Under the pieces are notes generated by a model. That model did not search any database. It was not told where the DNA came from and saw only the letters and a program-made list of their open reading frames with translations. From the NCBI GenBank assembly GCA_010405405.1, contig MU004238.1, positions 197,530 through 261,529 of the forward strand: a stretch of DNA of 64,000 nucleotides. Reading direction: 5' to 3'. Positions 1 to 11,604 of the stretch are shown piece by piece. Position numbers and translations under genes: made by a program. The DNA comes from Microthyrium microscopicum. Lineage: Eukaryota. Each line of letters starts with the position of its first letter. Position 1 is the stretch's first letter.

Positions 1-567
1 ACGATCCATGTTGGAACTTGAAAACCAGAGATAAGTTTTCGGAAATGTTCTATGGTCATCAGTATTTCAATGATTTGTCCAGTTGGTAAGCTCAAAGAAA
101 TCTCTACTCAACCAGCAGGCCATTCAATATCAGCTTCTTAAATCCCATCATTCAACCGGAGTATGATATATAAAAAGGCCCCTGCTCCAGAATTCGAAGC
201 ATTTCCGTCGCTCTATTTGCTCTGCCGCTGATCAACACGGGCTGACGGGTAACTCAATCTCATGCCCTGCAGCACCGTGTCCAACCACAATATATCCAAA
301 AAAGACCACATTTACAAAAGTTTGCTTAATATTTCTATCACAGCTTAAAGGGCTGCGAAGTATCCACATTCCCAGACTGGAATCTATATCAACTGCGTAT
401 TATGATAACCACCAAACGCCACCTTCTGATACGTATCACGGCTATGAATCCCATGCAGTTTTCCCAGAATGGATACAGATATATGTACAATTAACACCTC
501 AGCATGCCCATGAACGAAGCATCGCCATGAACAAATTCTCCCTCACATTCGCTAGTCCATAGTAGCT

Positions 568-1368
568 CTACTCCTTTGCGCGCTGTTTACCACGCATAAC
601 CCGACGTCGTTGAGCCATCATATGTGTATATAGAACATAAGAACCTATCTGTCATTAGCCAGTTTCCCTGAGATCGTGCTCCTTCGTCGAAGTGAACATA
701 CCAGGAACATAAATCCCCATAATCGCCATAAGCGCATATCCCAACAACGGATTCTGCTTCGATGCCGCCGGAATACTTTTGAACACAAGCCAGACTTCAC
801 TACCAATGCCCAATGGATACAGCACAAAGAAGAGATTATACCTGTAAACACCATATCATCAGCCTAAATCCCTTACATCCTCCATCAGTAGTATGGATAT
901 CACTTACCGCAACCAAACCAACCCATCCGGCACACTCCCCGTCAAACTCAACACAAAATAACTATACCTCACCACCTCCGTAACACTCCACGCAAACAAC
1001 ATCGTACTATACGCAACCTCCCTCTCCACCGGAAAATTCTCCACAATGCCCCATATCAACACTACCCGACTCAACACCTGAAGACCCGTCGTGAACAGTG
1101 GCGCCCTCACGATCCCGAATAGAGAATGTCCGACTTCTAGTAAAGCAACTGTTTGGACCCAGCGCGCATATGTGCCTGTGATGTCGTATAATTGGTGCGG
1201 ATGGCCTTTGAGGAGGGATTCAGAGATCACGCGGTGTAGGAGGGCGATCCAGAGACCGGCGGAGATGAGGTTGTAGCTGATGAGATATTTGGTTTTGGGG
1301 GTGAGGGGGGCTGGTTCGCGGGTTGCGGTTGCGGCGAGTTTTTCGGAGGTTGTTTGGTGGGCTGACAT
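568..1368 (-). CDS. PHS1: Very-long-chain 3-hydroxyacyl-CoA dehydratase (PTPLA/HACD family), 3 exons (1368-908, 841-702, 644-568)
   Basis: Motifs QTVALLEVGHSLFGIVRAP and AWSVTEVVRYSY. Splicing at GTAAGT/CAG and GTATGT/TAG restores WLRYNLFFVLYPLGIGSE and YVPGSYVLYTHMMAQRRR. Confidence 0.92.
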
Positions 1369-2040
1369 ATTGAGGGGATGAGAGGTTATGAGGAAATGGG
1401 AGAATGGGAGAGAAAGGAAGGTGGTGATGTCAAGACAAGGAAGCTCGGCAAAGTCAATGGGATGATGGGGCTTTCTTTTTGGTGGAGAGCTTTGGAGCTC
1501 GACTAGCGCGCGCTTGATGGCGGATGTGCATTTTTATATGAAGAGAGTCGAGATTTTTCCTGGGACCTGAGAATGGTATCATTGCCTATATTGTTGAGGG
1601 TACTAGCAGATACAATGAAAATAGTTGATCAAGTATCTCAAAAACATATATCAATTTCTGACAGTTGGTGAGCCGAGCTATTTTGCAAAGCACATGCGAG
1701 TTGAAATCACAGCAATCAGTATAAATAGCAGTATTCACATTTGACGACTCCAATTAGATATATCTACGTCTAATAATGGAAGCTTTTCCATTTACCTTTA
1801 CATGATTACACATGTAGTGTACAAGTAAAAAGAGCAATCAATGCTCAACAGAATATGAGCCAGGACTCAGTCTTAATGCAAATGGGTATCAAGTAATGCA
1901 ATATGGGCTGAAAACAGAGGGAGGGATTGGAGTCCAGAATTTTGGTTCGGGTTGTGTTTATCGAGTTGTGAATGGCATCGAGTGTTTCGGGGATTTGGAG
2001 TGAAGTTGTTTATCGCATGCTTGACAAAGCAATGATAGTG

Positions 2041-3526
2041 TTAGATGAAGAGTTGGATCATTTTGGTCTTAGTAAGAACTGATACACCACAGTCTTCGAC
2101 GACGCATTTGCTGAAAGGGCTGATTTTTGCCTGTATTCCATCCTTCTTGTTTCTCGTGACGGATCGATGGGTTGCGCATTCGCCGCAATAGACGTGGCCG
2201 CAAGATTTGATGACCCAGACTTGTTGTTTGAGCTCATCTTCGCTGGTGCAAAGTTCCTGGTCGCAGTTTGGACAAACATATGTCTCGTCCTCTCGTGGAT
2301 TTCTAGTGAATCCGCGCGGCGGCGGAGGAAGCTCTGGGTGATCTGGGACAGGTTCTGGCGGAGAGGATTGGTGGGATTCATGGAGACCCAGAGAAAATCC
2401 TTGCAAGGTATAGTCCTGGAATTCGTTAGTATCAAACTTTGAAGCCCATTACGGCCATCGCATTGAATGGCATCCATAGCAGTGTATTGAAGAACGCGGT
2501 CTATGGGAGCCATCGCATTCGATTAATCGTTTTTGGTTTCATCGAATGTCGTCAAGAATGGGGATGCTTACCAAGTCTCCAGGAGTAATGAAATTGCTCC
2601 GTCGTCCATCACTAAGAGACACGCCACTACGCCGGGGAAACAAAGAATTCCTGACTGAGACTTGCAGATGGTCAAGAAGGCCTTCGATCCCGCCATTGGG
2701 AAACCCAAATGATTGTGCTATCATGTTGTTAACATTAGGCATGTATTCGAATGGACCGGCAAGGTTTGCGGGATGAGGTGCTGAAGGGCGCGGAAGGGTT
2801 CTCTGCCCCACGAATTCTATGTCTGCAGCGGGAATCGAGCCGTGTTGTGCATTAGCCAGCGTGGATCGTAGGTTGGAACGAGGGGGGTTTGGCGCTTCTG
2901 CCAATCGTCTGCTAGAGATGAAGCGTATTTCCCCCTCTTGGTCAAGCTCGCCTTCGAAATCATCCAAGTCGATAATATCGTTGGGAAAGCGAGGCCCTCT
3001 AGCCGCAGTTCCAAGATTCCCGCTTGCTCTCGCATGTTGTATTTGTGCTGTTTCTTGAGCTGTTGGACCCCCTCGTCGTAGAGGCGGTAATTCTCGAGTC
3101 GATCGTTGCGGATTCCTAGACGACATCTCCGGAGAATCGCTGGTCAAGTCAACAACATCCACAGGATTCCCCGTTTGATGCAGTTCTCCATACGATGCAG
3201 GTGTTGCCCGCCGCCGCCTAACGGCTCTGGATCCTTCCATATCTGCTTCCCGACGTCGACTAGACCTGAACATGTTAGTGCGAGTTTATAGAAACGTAAT
3301 GGAAAACCCATGTGCTCTTGCGCGCGATGTCCTATTGCTTCATGATTGCCATAGAGTGTTATGGAGGCCATAACACGCTATGGTAACAACACAGGATGTT
3401 TTCCAAACCTTAAACTTACCCTTGCGGTGCTTCGTGAGAGGTTCGTCGTATGCGATAAGCTGGTGGAGAAGGCGAATCTTCGTCGTCGAGGCCGAAAGCC
3501 ATATGCCGCGTCCGTCTTGGGGCCAT
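2041..3526 (-). CDS. SIM-containing RING-like protein, probable SUMO-targeted ubiquitin ligase subunit (Rfp1/Slx5/RNF4-like), 3 exons
   Basis: SIM-like motifs VDVVDLTSD, IIDLDD and IEFVG. C-terminal CPNC...CGHVYCGEC...CVVEDC RING-like domain. Introns ~3419-3266 and ~2571-2416 have consistent phase. ATG at 3526 is inferred. Confidence 0.7.
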
Positions 3527-4398
3527 TTTCTTAATCTTTTGTGTGTGCGATGTGAATGGAAAGTTATGGAAACGATGGAAGGATGTCGTAAGAGTACCAA
3601 ACAGCTGTTCGCAAAGTAGGTTGTAGAGTTGGCTTATTGGCGAAGTGTAGAGACGATGGAAGAGTTAGGAAGGTACTTTCAGCGGGTGTATAGGCTTGAA
3701 TGGCAGTGGTGATGGCGAAGTCAAGAAGGTGAAATTCGTAGTAACTTGTCCGGAGTTACTGGAGGGAGGATCCAGACTCGGTAATCTCTTTGCGGCCCAA
3801 GGTGTCGTTAGGCAGTAGTTGTGGAGCCTTGAAGGCCGGGAACTGTTTGAGAATGCTGGCTTATGGAGTTCATGAGGCGAAGAAGGCGGCGAGGAGGAGG
3901 AGTGGTTGAGTGTTGGCGAGATGGAGACGTGAAGTTGTCTTTGAGTTGCTGAGGTGGCGAGTCGCTCTACTTGGTTCCCCCACCTGGCGGTGTCCCTGAA
4001 AAGTGAAGTAGCACCCAGCGAGGGAGGAATAGAGCTTCAGAATTTAAAGAGTATTTTTAAGAGTAAGAGAGGCGAGATCAAGGCTGTCCAAAAACAGCGC
4101 CGTGTTGGATCTGTGGTGCTGTATAGGTACTTTGTCATGCTTTCACAGCGATATGGCTGATCACGGGCTCAAATGCAGCTGAGTCGATGATACACCTGAG
4201 ATATTGTCACCATGTTGCCTTCATTCTCCATTTGTGCTCATACGGTTTATTCACTATGTCTACAATGATCAGGCCGAAACGTCCCAGGCCGAATATTGGT
4301 ATCGTTCTATTCAATACAGCTCCTATTCAACTTTTCCTCAGCGGCATCGAACGCCATGAATCATTGTTCCTTTCACGTGCTGGTAATTCCACCCTTAC

Positions 4399-5953
4399 TT
4401 ATTCTGGTTTTTGAAGCTGGACAACACCATCTCCATCAACAAGGAGATATTGACCTTGTGGATCCCAGGAAACCTGTCGTGCATTCAGCGCCTTTTTCAT
4501 AACCTCTGACCACTTCTTGGACGATTTTTGATACGTCTCAATTGCCACCGACCCACCACCAACGATGGCCAGGTACTGTGCTGAATGGTCCCAGGACAAA
4601 CTGCTGATGATGGAACCAAACTCGATGACCTTGGCGATAGCCTGTTCAGTTCCGGTTTTGCGGAGATCCCAGATAGTGGCGTTGGTGCTTCCAGTAGACG
4701 CAGAAGCCAGCCAGAATCCATTCTCAGCGAAACTAAGAGCCTGAACTGGGCCTTCTGTAGTAAGAGAGGTCACGATCGAGCCAGTCTTGATGTCAAACAC
4801 TTGAATGTCCCCGTTTTTGGCTCCAGCTGCAAGGAGAGCACCGTCGGGATGAAATTGACAGCATGTCAACTCCGAGTCCGTGAATACGCGAGCAAGAGGT
4901 TTTAGGGTTGAAGATGTTAGATCGTACAGAACGTAGCTCTTATCCAGGCCCACTGACGCCAGTATAGTCCCTGTGGGGTGCAAGGCAATTCCAGTTGCTG
5001 GGCCAGCGTGTATGGTTTGTGTAGCAATCCAGTCACCGCTCTCGAATATCTTAATGTGACCGTTGGCGAGCGAAAAGATTGCCTTTGATTCCCAGAATAA
5101 TCCGTCTGTAACGCGGCTCCCACAGTCCATTAAATGTGCCGCGCTTGAATCATCCGTGCTGTAGATATAAGCTAGACCAGATTCGCTACCGTAGAGGACG
5201 AGAGGGGATTCGGAATCGGCAGAAGTTTCGGCGAGGGCAGCGCATGTATCGAGCGGCTTGTCAGGCTTGAAACCAGCTGACGCTGTAGGCTCGAACTGTT
5301 GAATGTCGTCGACCGAGGACCAACCTTTGGGAACAGGTCGCTTGCGACGGGACTTTCCAAGTCTACAAATGTTAGTCTTGTACGGAACACGGGTTGGAGA
5401 GACATGCTGTTTTGCTGCTTCTTCGACGCGCTCAATGACCTCGTCTGAAAGGCCGGCGCCATCGACTTCCATGAGATCACCAGCATTTACCGCGCCGCCA
5501 ACCTGCACCTTTGCCAACGCAGCTCTAGCGTCATCCCGCTCTTGAGTGACCCGCGCAAGCAATCGAATTGCGCCTTCATAATCGTATAGAGCAGTGCTAA
5601 GTTCTTGCCGAGTTTGAGCAAGTTGTTTCTTGAGCTGATATGACTCTACTGCCAAGGCATCCCATTCATTTTGGAAGGTGGATAGAAGCGCGGGGATTGA
5701 GGTTTGAGTTGGAGGACGTGGGTTAACGATTCGGCTGGATTTTAAATCGATGAGGTCTTCGACAGTCAATTCCTCGCCAGTGACTGGGTCTGTCCCATTG
5801 TCGGTGATATATGCCTCGATAAGACGCTTCTCGAAGATGTTTCCGTTTTTGCGCGACGCGACTGGCACCTGTGGTGGCTCTCCTGAGACTGCGAGAGAGT
5901 TAGCATCGACTTCCACATCACGGCAGGAGATATAACTGACTTGCGCAAAGCAT
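4399..5953 (-). CDS. PRP19: Pre-mRNA splicing factor Prp19/Cwf8 (U-box, coiled-coil, WD40)
   Basis: MLCA|ISGE after removing intron 5940-5889. U-box FEKRLIEAYI..GTDPVTGEEL, SIPALLSTFQNEWDA coiled-coil and WD40 repeats. Probable second intron 5407-5363. Confidence 0.95.
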
Positions 5954-6593
5954 TTTGCAGGAAAGAAGAGGGAGTTAATTGTGGTGTAGGGTGGGTTATG
6001 GGGATGGTCGCAAATATAACTGGAAGAGCTTTGCTTTGATGGAGACTCAAAAAGTTTCGAAGGCAGGCACGCTTGGTCCGAGCTTCACGTGCCAACCAAC
6101 CTCAAATTTGATCTTTAACTTCATCCAATCTGCCTCACTCCACTGCCAAACTCTATGTCGGTTTTTCCTGCAATAAGTCTCGTCAATGCTTTCATTGAAC
6201 CCTGCGCATGATACAGCCTGAGTCAAGAATGATTAGAGGATGAAGAAATGCGGACGGACAGGCGATATATGTGCGCTCCCGTCGAGACTCGAGTGCCGTC
6301 CGCTACCAAAGGAAACATCATAGTCGACCATTCTTCTGTCAGGCAGGTATTGGCAGCAAGGCGACATATTGCATGCTGTACTGTTTTAACAGGTAGACGG
6401 AAGACTTGGCAGCTATCTGAAGTAGCCATCGCCCTTGCTAGGAGCATACAGTTCATTGTGTCTCCTGTCTCAATCATTCATTGCCTGCAATAATGACAGG
6501 ATAAACAAGAGTATACTAATGGCGAAGAAGAAGAAAATTGGACATCTGGTCATACGATAACATAACTTTCGATGGCAAATTGCTAATGGCTAT

Positions 6594-8705
6594 TTAGACA
6601 ATTCTAATATCTTCAACTGTAACACTAGTCTTCCAAGAACTAATGCCCAACATATTACGCGTTAAGAACGGCTCTGCAGCCATAACGCCATGCAAATAAC
6701 AATCTCCAACAAATCGGAATTCCATCCCACCAATGTTGCTCTCACCTTCAGCCTCTTCTGAATTCGTGTGTCTCAAAACATAAGGATGGAATCCTCCAAC
6801 AGTAGCAACAATCACGTCCCCAGCCTTCACTCCTCTAGCCTTCTCTTTCCGTTCCGTAAGAGAATCCAGGACGGAGGCAGCCTGTGGGTCTTGCTGCCTC
6901 AGGAACTGCTGAAAGCTAGCCATCATCATGCCGCCAAGTCCATCTGTAGGCAGTCCATCCATTGCCCCAATCATTCTCTCGTCCGCCTCGCCTGCCTCTC
7001 CTTCAGCTCGTGGCACTTCTTCAAACGCGGTCATGCCCGATCTACCGCTCTCTGTGGTGAAGAATCTACGGCCGATTGAATTTTTACGGAGAAGAATTTC
7101 GAAGGCTTCGGACTTTCCAGTCTGTGGGCCTAGTAGTTGGCATTGCGGATCGGCTTTGATTCGTTCGACCAGAGCAGGATCAATTGTGATATCTTCGGCT
7201 TTGCAGTTCATCAGTTCGAGGATGCGCTCTTCGGCGAGGATACTTTGAAAGGAGAGCCACATGTCTTTGTGGGGAGGCTTTTGCTGTCTCAGTGCTTGTG
7301 TTTCTCCGCCCGTGTTCATGACGATGGTTCGCCAGAACTTGTCAACTTTCTCTGCGAGTGGTTGGTTTGGGATGTTTGGAAGCCTTTGCCATTCTTGGAG
7401 GAGTAGTTTCCGGCAATTCTCCTGTGTAAACATTGGAGATACTGTTTTGACTTGATCCAATTTGTGGGCTTGGAGATGGAGAACATTTTCGATAACTTTG
7501 AGAGATTTCTGAGGTTGGACGGAGTCTGACCATGTGCGAAGGGATGGTTTAGCCTCATTGTTCATCTTAATGGTATGCAATGGTAAAGGAGCTGTCCAGT
7601 CTGGCACCCAGGATGGAAGACCTTCCATTTTGCGACCGTTCGGCGGCCGTTCAGCCCACCACAGAATGAGATCTTGTCGTTCTTCAATGATGAACTTTGC
7701 AGCCTCTGTAAAGACCTCTTGTGGCGTTTTGCTATAGTCCACCACCGGCTTGGGGACTTTTCTGCCCGTCTCCTGGGCACGCTTTGAAGGACGTGTTATT
7801 GGTAGCATGGCGAAGACGTACTCTCTGGGATCCGCGGACTTTGCCTCCTTCGCAGTCTGGATCATTGGCAGAAGCTCCAGACCATTATCTTCACGATATC
7901 GGCGGACTGCAATGTCTATTCCACTCACACGCTGAAAGGCTTCTTGTAGTGACTCTGATGGTATTTCTCCAAGCATTTGCGGCATAGCTACTACGAGAGC
8001 ACGAAAGGCTACTTTGAAGTCTATCCATGGAATTGACGACGAACGCGAGGTAATGAGGACGTCTTGGGATAACACGAGATCAGAAATGGTCTGTACCGAC
8101 TCAAAGTACGGGGACTCAAAAATCGCCAGCACAGAGCTCCACAGCTCTTTGTCGTTGAAGTGTAGTTTGGTCGCATCTTGGGCTCGGAAGTATGAAATGA
8201 TACTGCTCATATGGACTGCTGTAGCCTGTGCAAAGTTTGCAGGAAAGTCGCAGCGAACAGCGGCTTGATGCCACCATTGTGCTAGCGTTTTGACGATCTT
8301 GAATGCCTCTGAGGTTCTGTCGTTTCCAGATCCTAGGTAGGCAACAGTTTGCTGTGCGTTTTGTAGAGTTGCTCTAGCTAAATTGGCTTGCTCATTCTGC
8401 TCCTGGATAGTTCGCCCGAGGAGAACATCAGCCCAGAGTAGTAGGGATTCATCTGGTTTTCGGAGTGCTTGAAGCGCTTGTACTAATGGTCCTGATATTT
8501 CAGTTTCTTCATCATTCAGAAATATTTTCAGTGATTCGAATGTTTTCGAGCGATCGTATGAGATGCATTCGTAAGATAAATCTGTAGTGTGAAGATTGCT
8601 GAGGGAAACCTTGATGGGATCTGATGGTGAAGAACTTGGGTGTAGAACAGCAAGGCTCAGGTTGTAGTGAGAAAATAGAGAAGCAAATGGATTTTGAGAT
8701 TGCAT
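6594..8705 (-). CDS. HET (heterokaryon incompatibility, HET-6-like) domain protein with degenerate motifs
   Basis: 703 aa single ORF. HET-like YECISY and LLLWAD, then SADPREYVFAML, VDYSKTPQEVF, LPSWVPDW, RRFFTTESGRSG and FRFVGDCYLHGVM, typical of HET-6-like proteins. Confidence 0.78.
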   Translation of the reverse strand: MQSQNPFASLFSHYNLSLAVLHPSSSPSDPIKVSLSNLHTTDLSYECISYDRSKTFESLKIFLNDEETEISGPLVQALQALRKPDESLLLWADVLLGRTIQEQNEQANLARATLQNAQQTVAYLGSGNDRTSEAFKIVKTLAQWWHQAAVRCDFPANFAQATAVHMSSIISYFRAQDATKLHFNDKELWSSVLAIFESPYFESVQTISDLVLSQDVLITSRSSSIPWIDFKVAFRALVVAMPQMLGEIPSESLQEAFQRVSGIDIAVRRYREDNGLELLPMIQTAKEAKSADPREYVFAMLPITRPSKRAQETGRKVPKPVVDYSKTPQEVFTEAAKFIIEERQDLILWWAERPPNGRKMEGLPSWVPDWTAPLPLHTIKMNNEAKPSLRTWSDSVQPQKSLKVIENVLHLQAHKLDQVKTVSPMFTQENCRKLLLQEWQRLPNIPNQPLAEKVDKFWRTIVMNTGGETQALRQQKPPHKDMWLSFQSILAEERILELMNCKAEDITIDPALVERIKADPQCQLLGPQTGKSEAFEILLRKNSIGRRFFTTESGRSGMTAFEEVPRAEGEAGEADERMIGAMDGLPTDGLGGMMMASFQQFLRQQDPQAASVLDSLTERKEKARGVKAGDVIVATVGGFHPYVLRHTNSEEAEGESNIGGMEFRFVGDCYLHGVMAAEPFLTRNMLGISSWKTSVTVEDIRIV

Positions 8706-9877
8706 CTTGATTGAACTTGAGAAGTGGTAAACAGTTCAGGCGGACTGGCGGAAAATCTGAAGGGGCAAATGGCTCTTCTATCCTTTGCTTTGAGACCAGT
8801 ATGAGGCTAACTCTAATTTGTGGAGAGGGCCGATCTTGAAGCACAAGTTCGCGTCTCAACAACTATTTCATAAAGGAAGGTAGGAAGCAGGCTGCTGGTG
8901 TTTTGAAGGTAAAATGAAGAATAAATCCTTCTCTGCACTACTGATTCATTCCGAGACTCCAGGCTCCATCGCGACGAGACTTGAAAGGAACAGAGGATCG
9001 CCAGGCCCCAGAGGCCAGAGCACCCTGCCAAAATGGCGTTCGTATCTTGAAGTTTGAATCGTAATATTATTGGCTCACGAATAGGGGCAAACACTAACGA
9101 AAAATGTCAGTGTCTATAAATAGACATTTACTGTAATCCTCTTTCGTGAGAGAGCTTCGAGCAAGTCTTTCAGAGAAATGATATTGTCGAAGGTGAGGAA
9201 TCAAGGTGAAGTAATCCAAGTCTCGATGATATCTGAGCAAGAAAGTCTTGTACAGGCCCACCTTCTTCGAGTCATTCGCTCATTATTTAGACAAGTCCAG
9301 GTGTTCTTCTTGCGTCCAATGCTCCTTGGCTTTCGATGTTTTTGTCATTTAATCTTCAGTACTTAAACCTATACCCATGAGGCTCTGTTGACTTTCAAGC
9401 ATAAAATACTGTGAGCACCACGGGCGGTCCGGATGGCTGCGAAGTCGCTATATCAAAATCACGTAGTCCTTAGCATCCTTGGTATGTTATTATAGCTAAC
9501 ACTTTTTCGAGGGATAGGAAAGCAGACATCGCAAGACTTGTTGGAAGTCAACCTTCAGTATGCAACCCTTTAAATAGTTGCGTAGGAACCCAAAAGCACA
9601 GTCGACACAAGTATTCTCATATTCTATGTGAATAACATGCATTCTGTATGCTCCAATAGTTTGAAAATGCATCATCGAAACCGCTACCGGAGTCGCTCGA
9701 AAGATGCATTAATGCCATGCACTGATGCAAGGCTGAAGAACAACCACAAGGCTGAAAACCCCCCTGTCTTTGATCCGTGCAACTGCCCCAACAAATCGTC
9801 ATCGCGAACACCAACACAAGCAACACCACACCACAACCAAACTCTCCATAAGCACACAGCTAATGTAAACCATCAGC

Positions 9878-11096
9878 ATGCCTCCTCGCCCCCGCTTCGC
9901 TCCCGACTCCTTTCCTCCTCCCCGCCAGTATACTTTCCCCGGCTACCACACCAACACCCGCCACAAACCCCGTCGATGGCCCCTCGTTCTTCGCGTAACA
10001 AAGGGCTCCGTACACTCCTCCATTCTCCTGCCCGTCATATTCCACTCCCTCTTCACATCCCTCGTCGTCTACGCCGACTTATACTGGCGTAATGTCGGAC
10101 TCGCTGGCAGTGTTGTCCCATCTCTCAGCATAGTTGTTGGGTTGATGCTCGTCTTCAGGAATGGCACATCCTATGATAGATTCTGGGCGGGAAGAAATCA
10201 CCTTGCAGCTATAGTGGCTGGTGTGAGGAACCTGAGCAGGACGTTTCTTGTGTCTTCTCGTGGGCTTAAGAGTAATGAGGCTAGTGAGGATGAATTGAGA
10301 GATACGGAGACGATGGTGCGGTTGTTGGTCGCGATGCTTTACAGCGTCAAACACCACTTAAGAGCTGAATTTGCGCCAGCTATGGTTACGCCTACTACGC
10401 CAGGCGCGCCATATTCGAACGTTCATTCGCGTGCGCATAGTCCTAATGGGGCGGAGGCAGGGGACTACATGTCTGCATCGACACCACTGCTCCGCGCTCG
10501 ACCTGGCTCTAAAAGTCTGGGGAGCAGCACGTTGGTAGCGACGCCGAATCCGATATACATGAATCTTCTGCGGCACACCATGATCCCATCACTCGAGGCT
10601 CGAGGTGTCGCGCTGCCGGTGCAGTTGGCGCTGAGCGTGGAAGCCTATATCCGCCGTGGTTTGCAAAGAGATTGGTGGATTGCACCACAGGCTGCAATGC
10701 TCGAAAGCACACTTAATCAACTTTTACAAGATTTTGCGAAGATGGACACGATTCGGAGCAGTAAGTTTGCCCCCATCCTTGCTGTCCCTCTGTGCTAACG
10801 GCATTCATGTAGCGCCGATTCCAATAGCCCATCTGATTCACACGCGCCAAGTGCTCTCACTATATCTAATGGCGTTACCATTTGCATTGGTCGACGAGAT
10901 GGCTTGGTGGGCAGTGGCAGTGATTGCGCTAGTTGCCTTTACGCTGTACGGAATTGAGGGGATTGGACGGCAGTTGGAGGACCCCTTTGGATACGACAAG
11001 AATGATATAAAGATGGATGCTATTATTTTGGATGCGCAGCTGGAAGTTGAGGCACTGTTGGAAGAATGGAGAGATGGGGGCGGAGCCTTTAATTGA
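9878..11096 (+). CDS. Bestrophin-like (UPF0187/YneE) anion channel, 2 exons (intron 10761-10812)
   Basis: LVFRNGTSYDRFWAGR, spliced IRS-TPIPIAH, and GIEGIGRQLEDPFGYDKNDI signature. Confidence 0.9.
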
Positions 11097-11604
11097 TCGA
11101 TATGGGGTTTGTATTGGCGTTGTACGGTATACCCTTAGAATTTAGCATAAAGCATTGACGATTGTATTGAGTTTTAGTTTTACTTCTTGGAGCTGATATG
11201 CTTCGACGTATCTTTTGTAAGATCTTTCTGGACTGGGCGAATAAGAGTAAAAAAGATATCACTCAAACAGAAGAAAAGAACTGCTGTCAGATACAAACTG
11301 TACGTTCTTCACTCAACGACAGGAGAAATCACATCACATCAAATCCACAGCTCTCAAAAAAAGGTAAAATCTTCTCATTTCCTTCAAAACCACACCATTT
11401 TTTTTAAATGCATCATCAATCCCACCAACAAGGCAGTCAAAAATGAGCGTTATAAAGTAAACCGAAAGTTAAAAACAAAAACAAGCTGCTATCATGAATG
11501 GCAAAAAACAAAAATAAACACTAGACAAACTTTCTACCACAAAACACCGATTTTCCACCAAGAACATTCGCCAATATTCGGCCGTTATGCATAGGCTAGG
11601 CTAT

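Noticed and set aside
1..175. Possible 3' end of a plus-strand gene entering the window
   Set aside because: Short, no recognisable motif, and the putative intron would be only ~33 nt.
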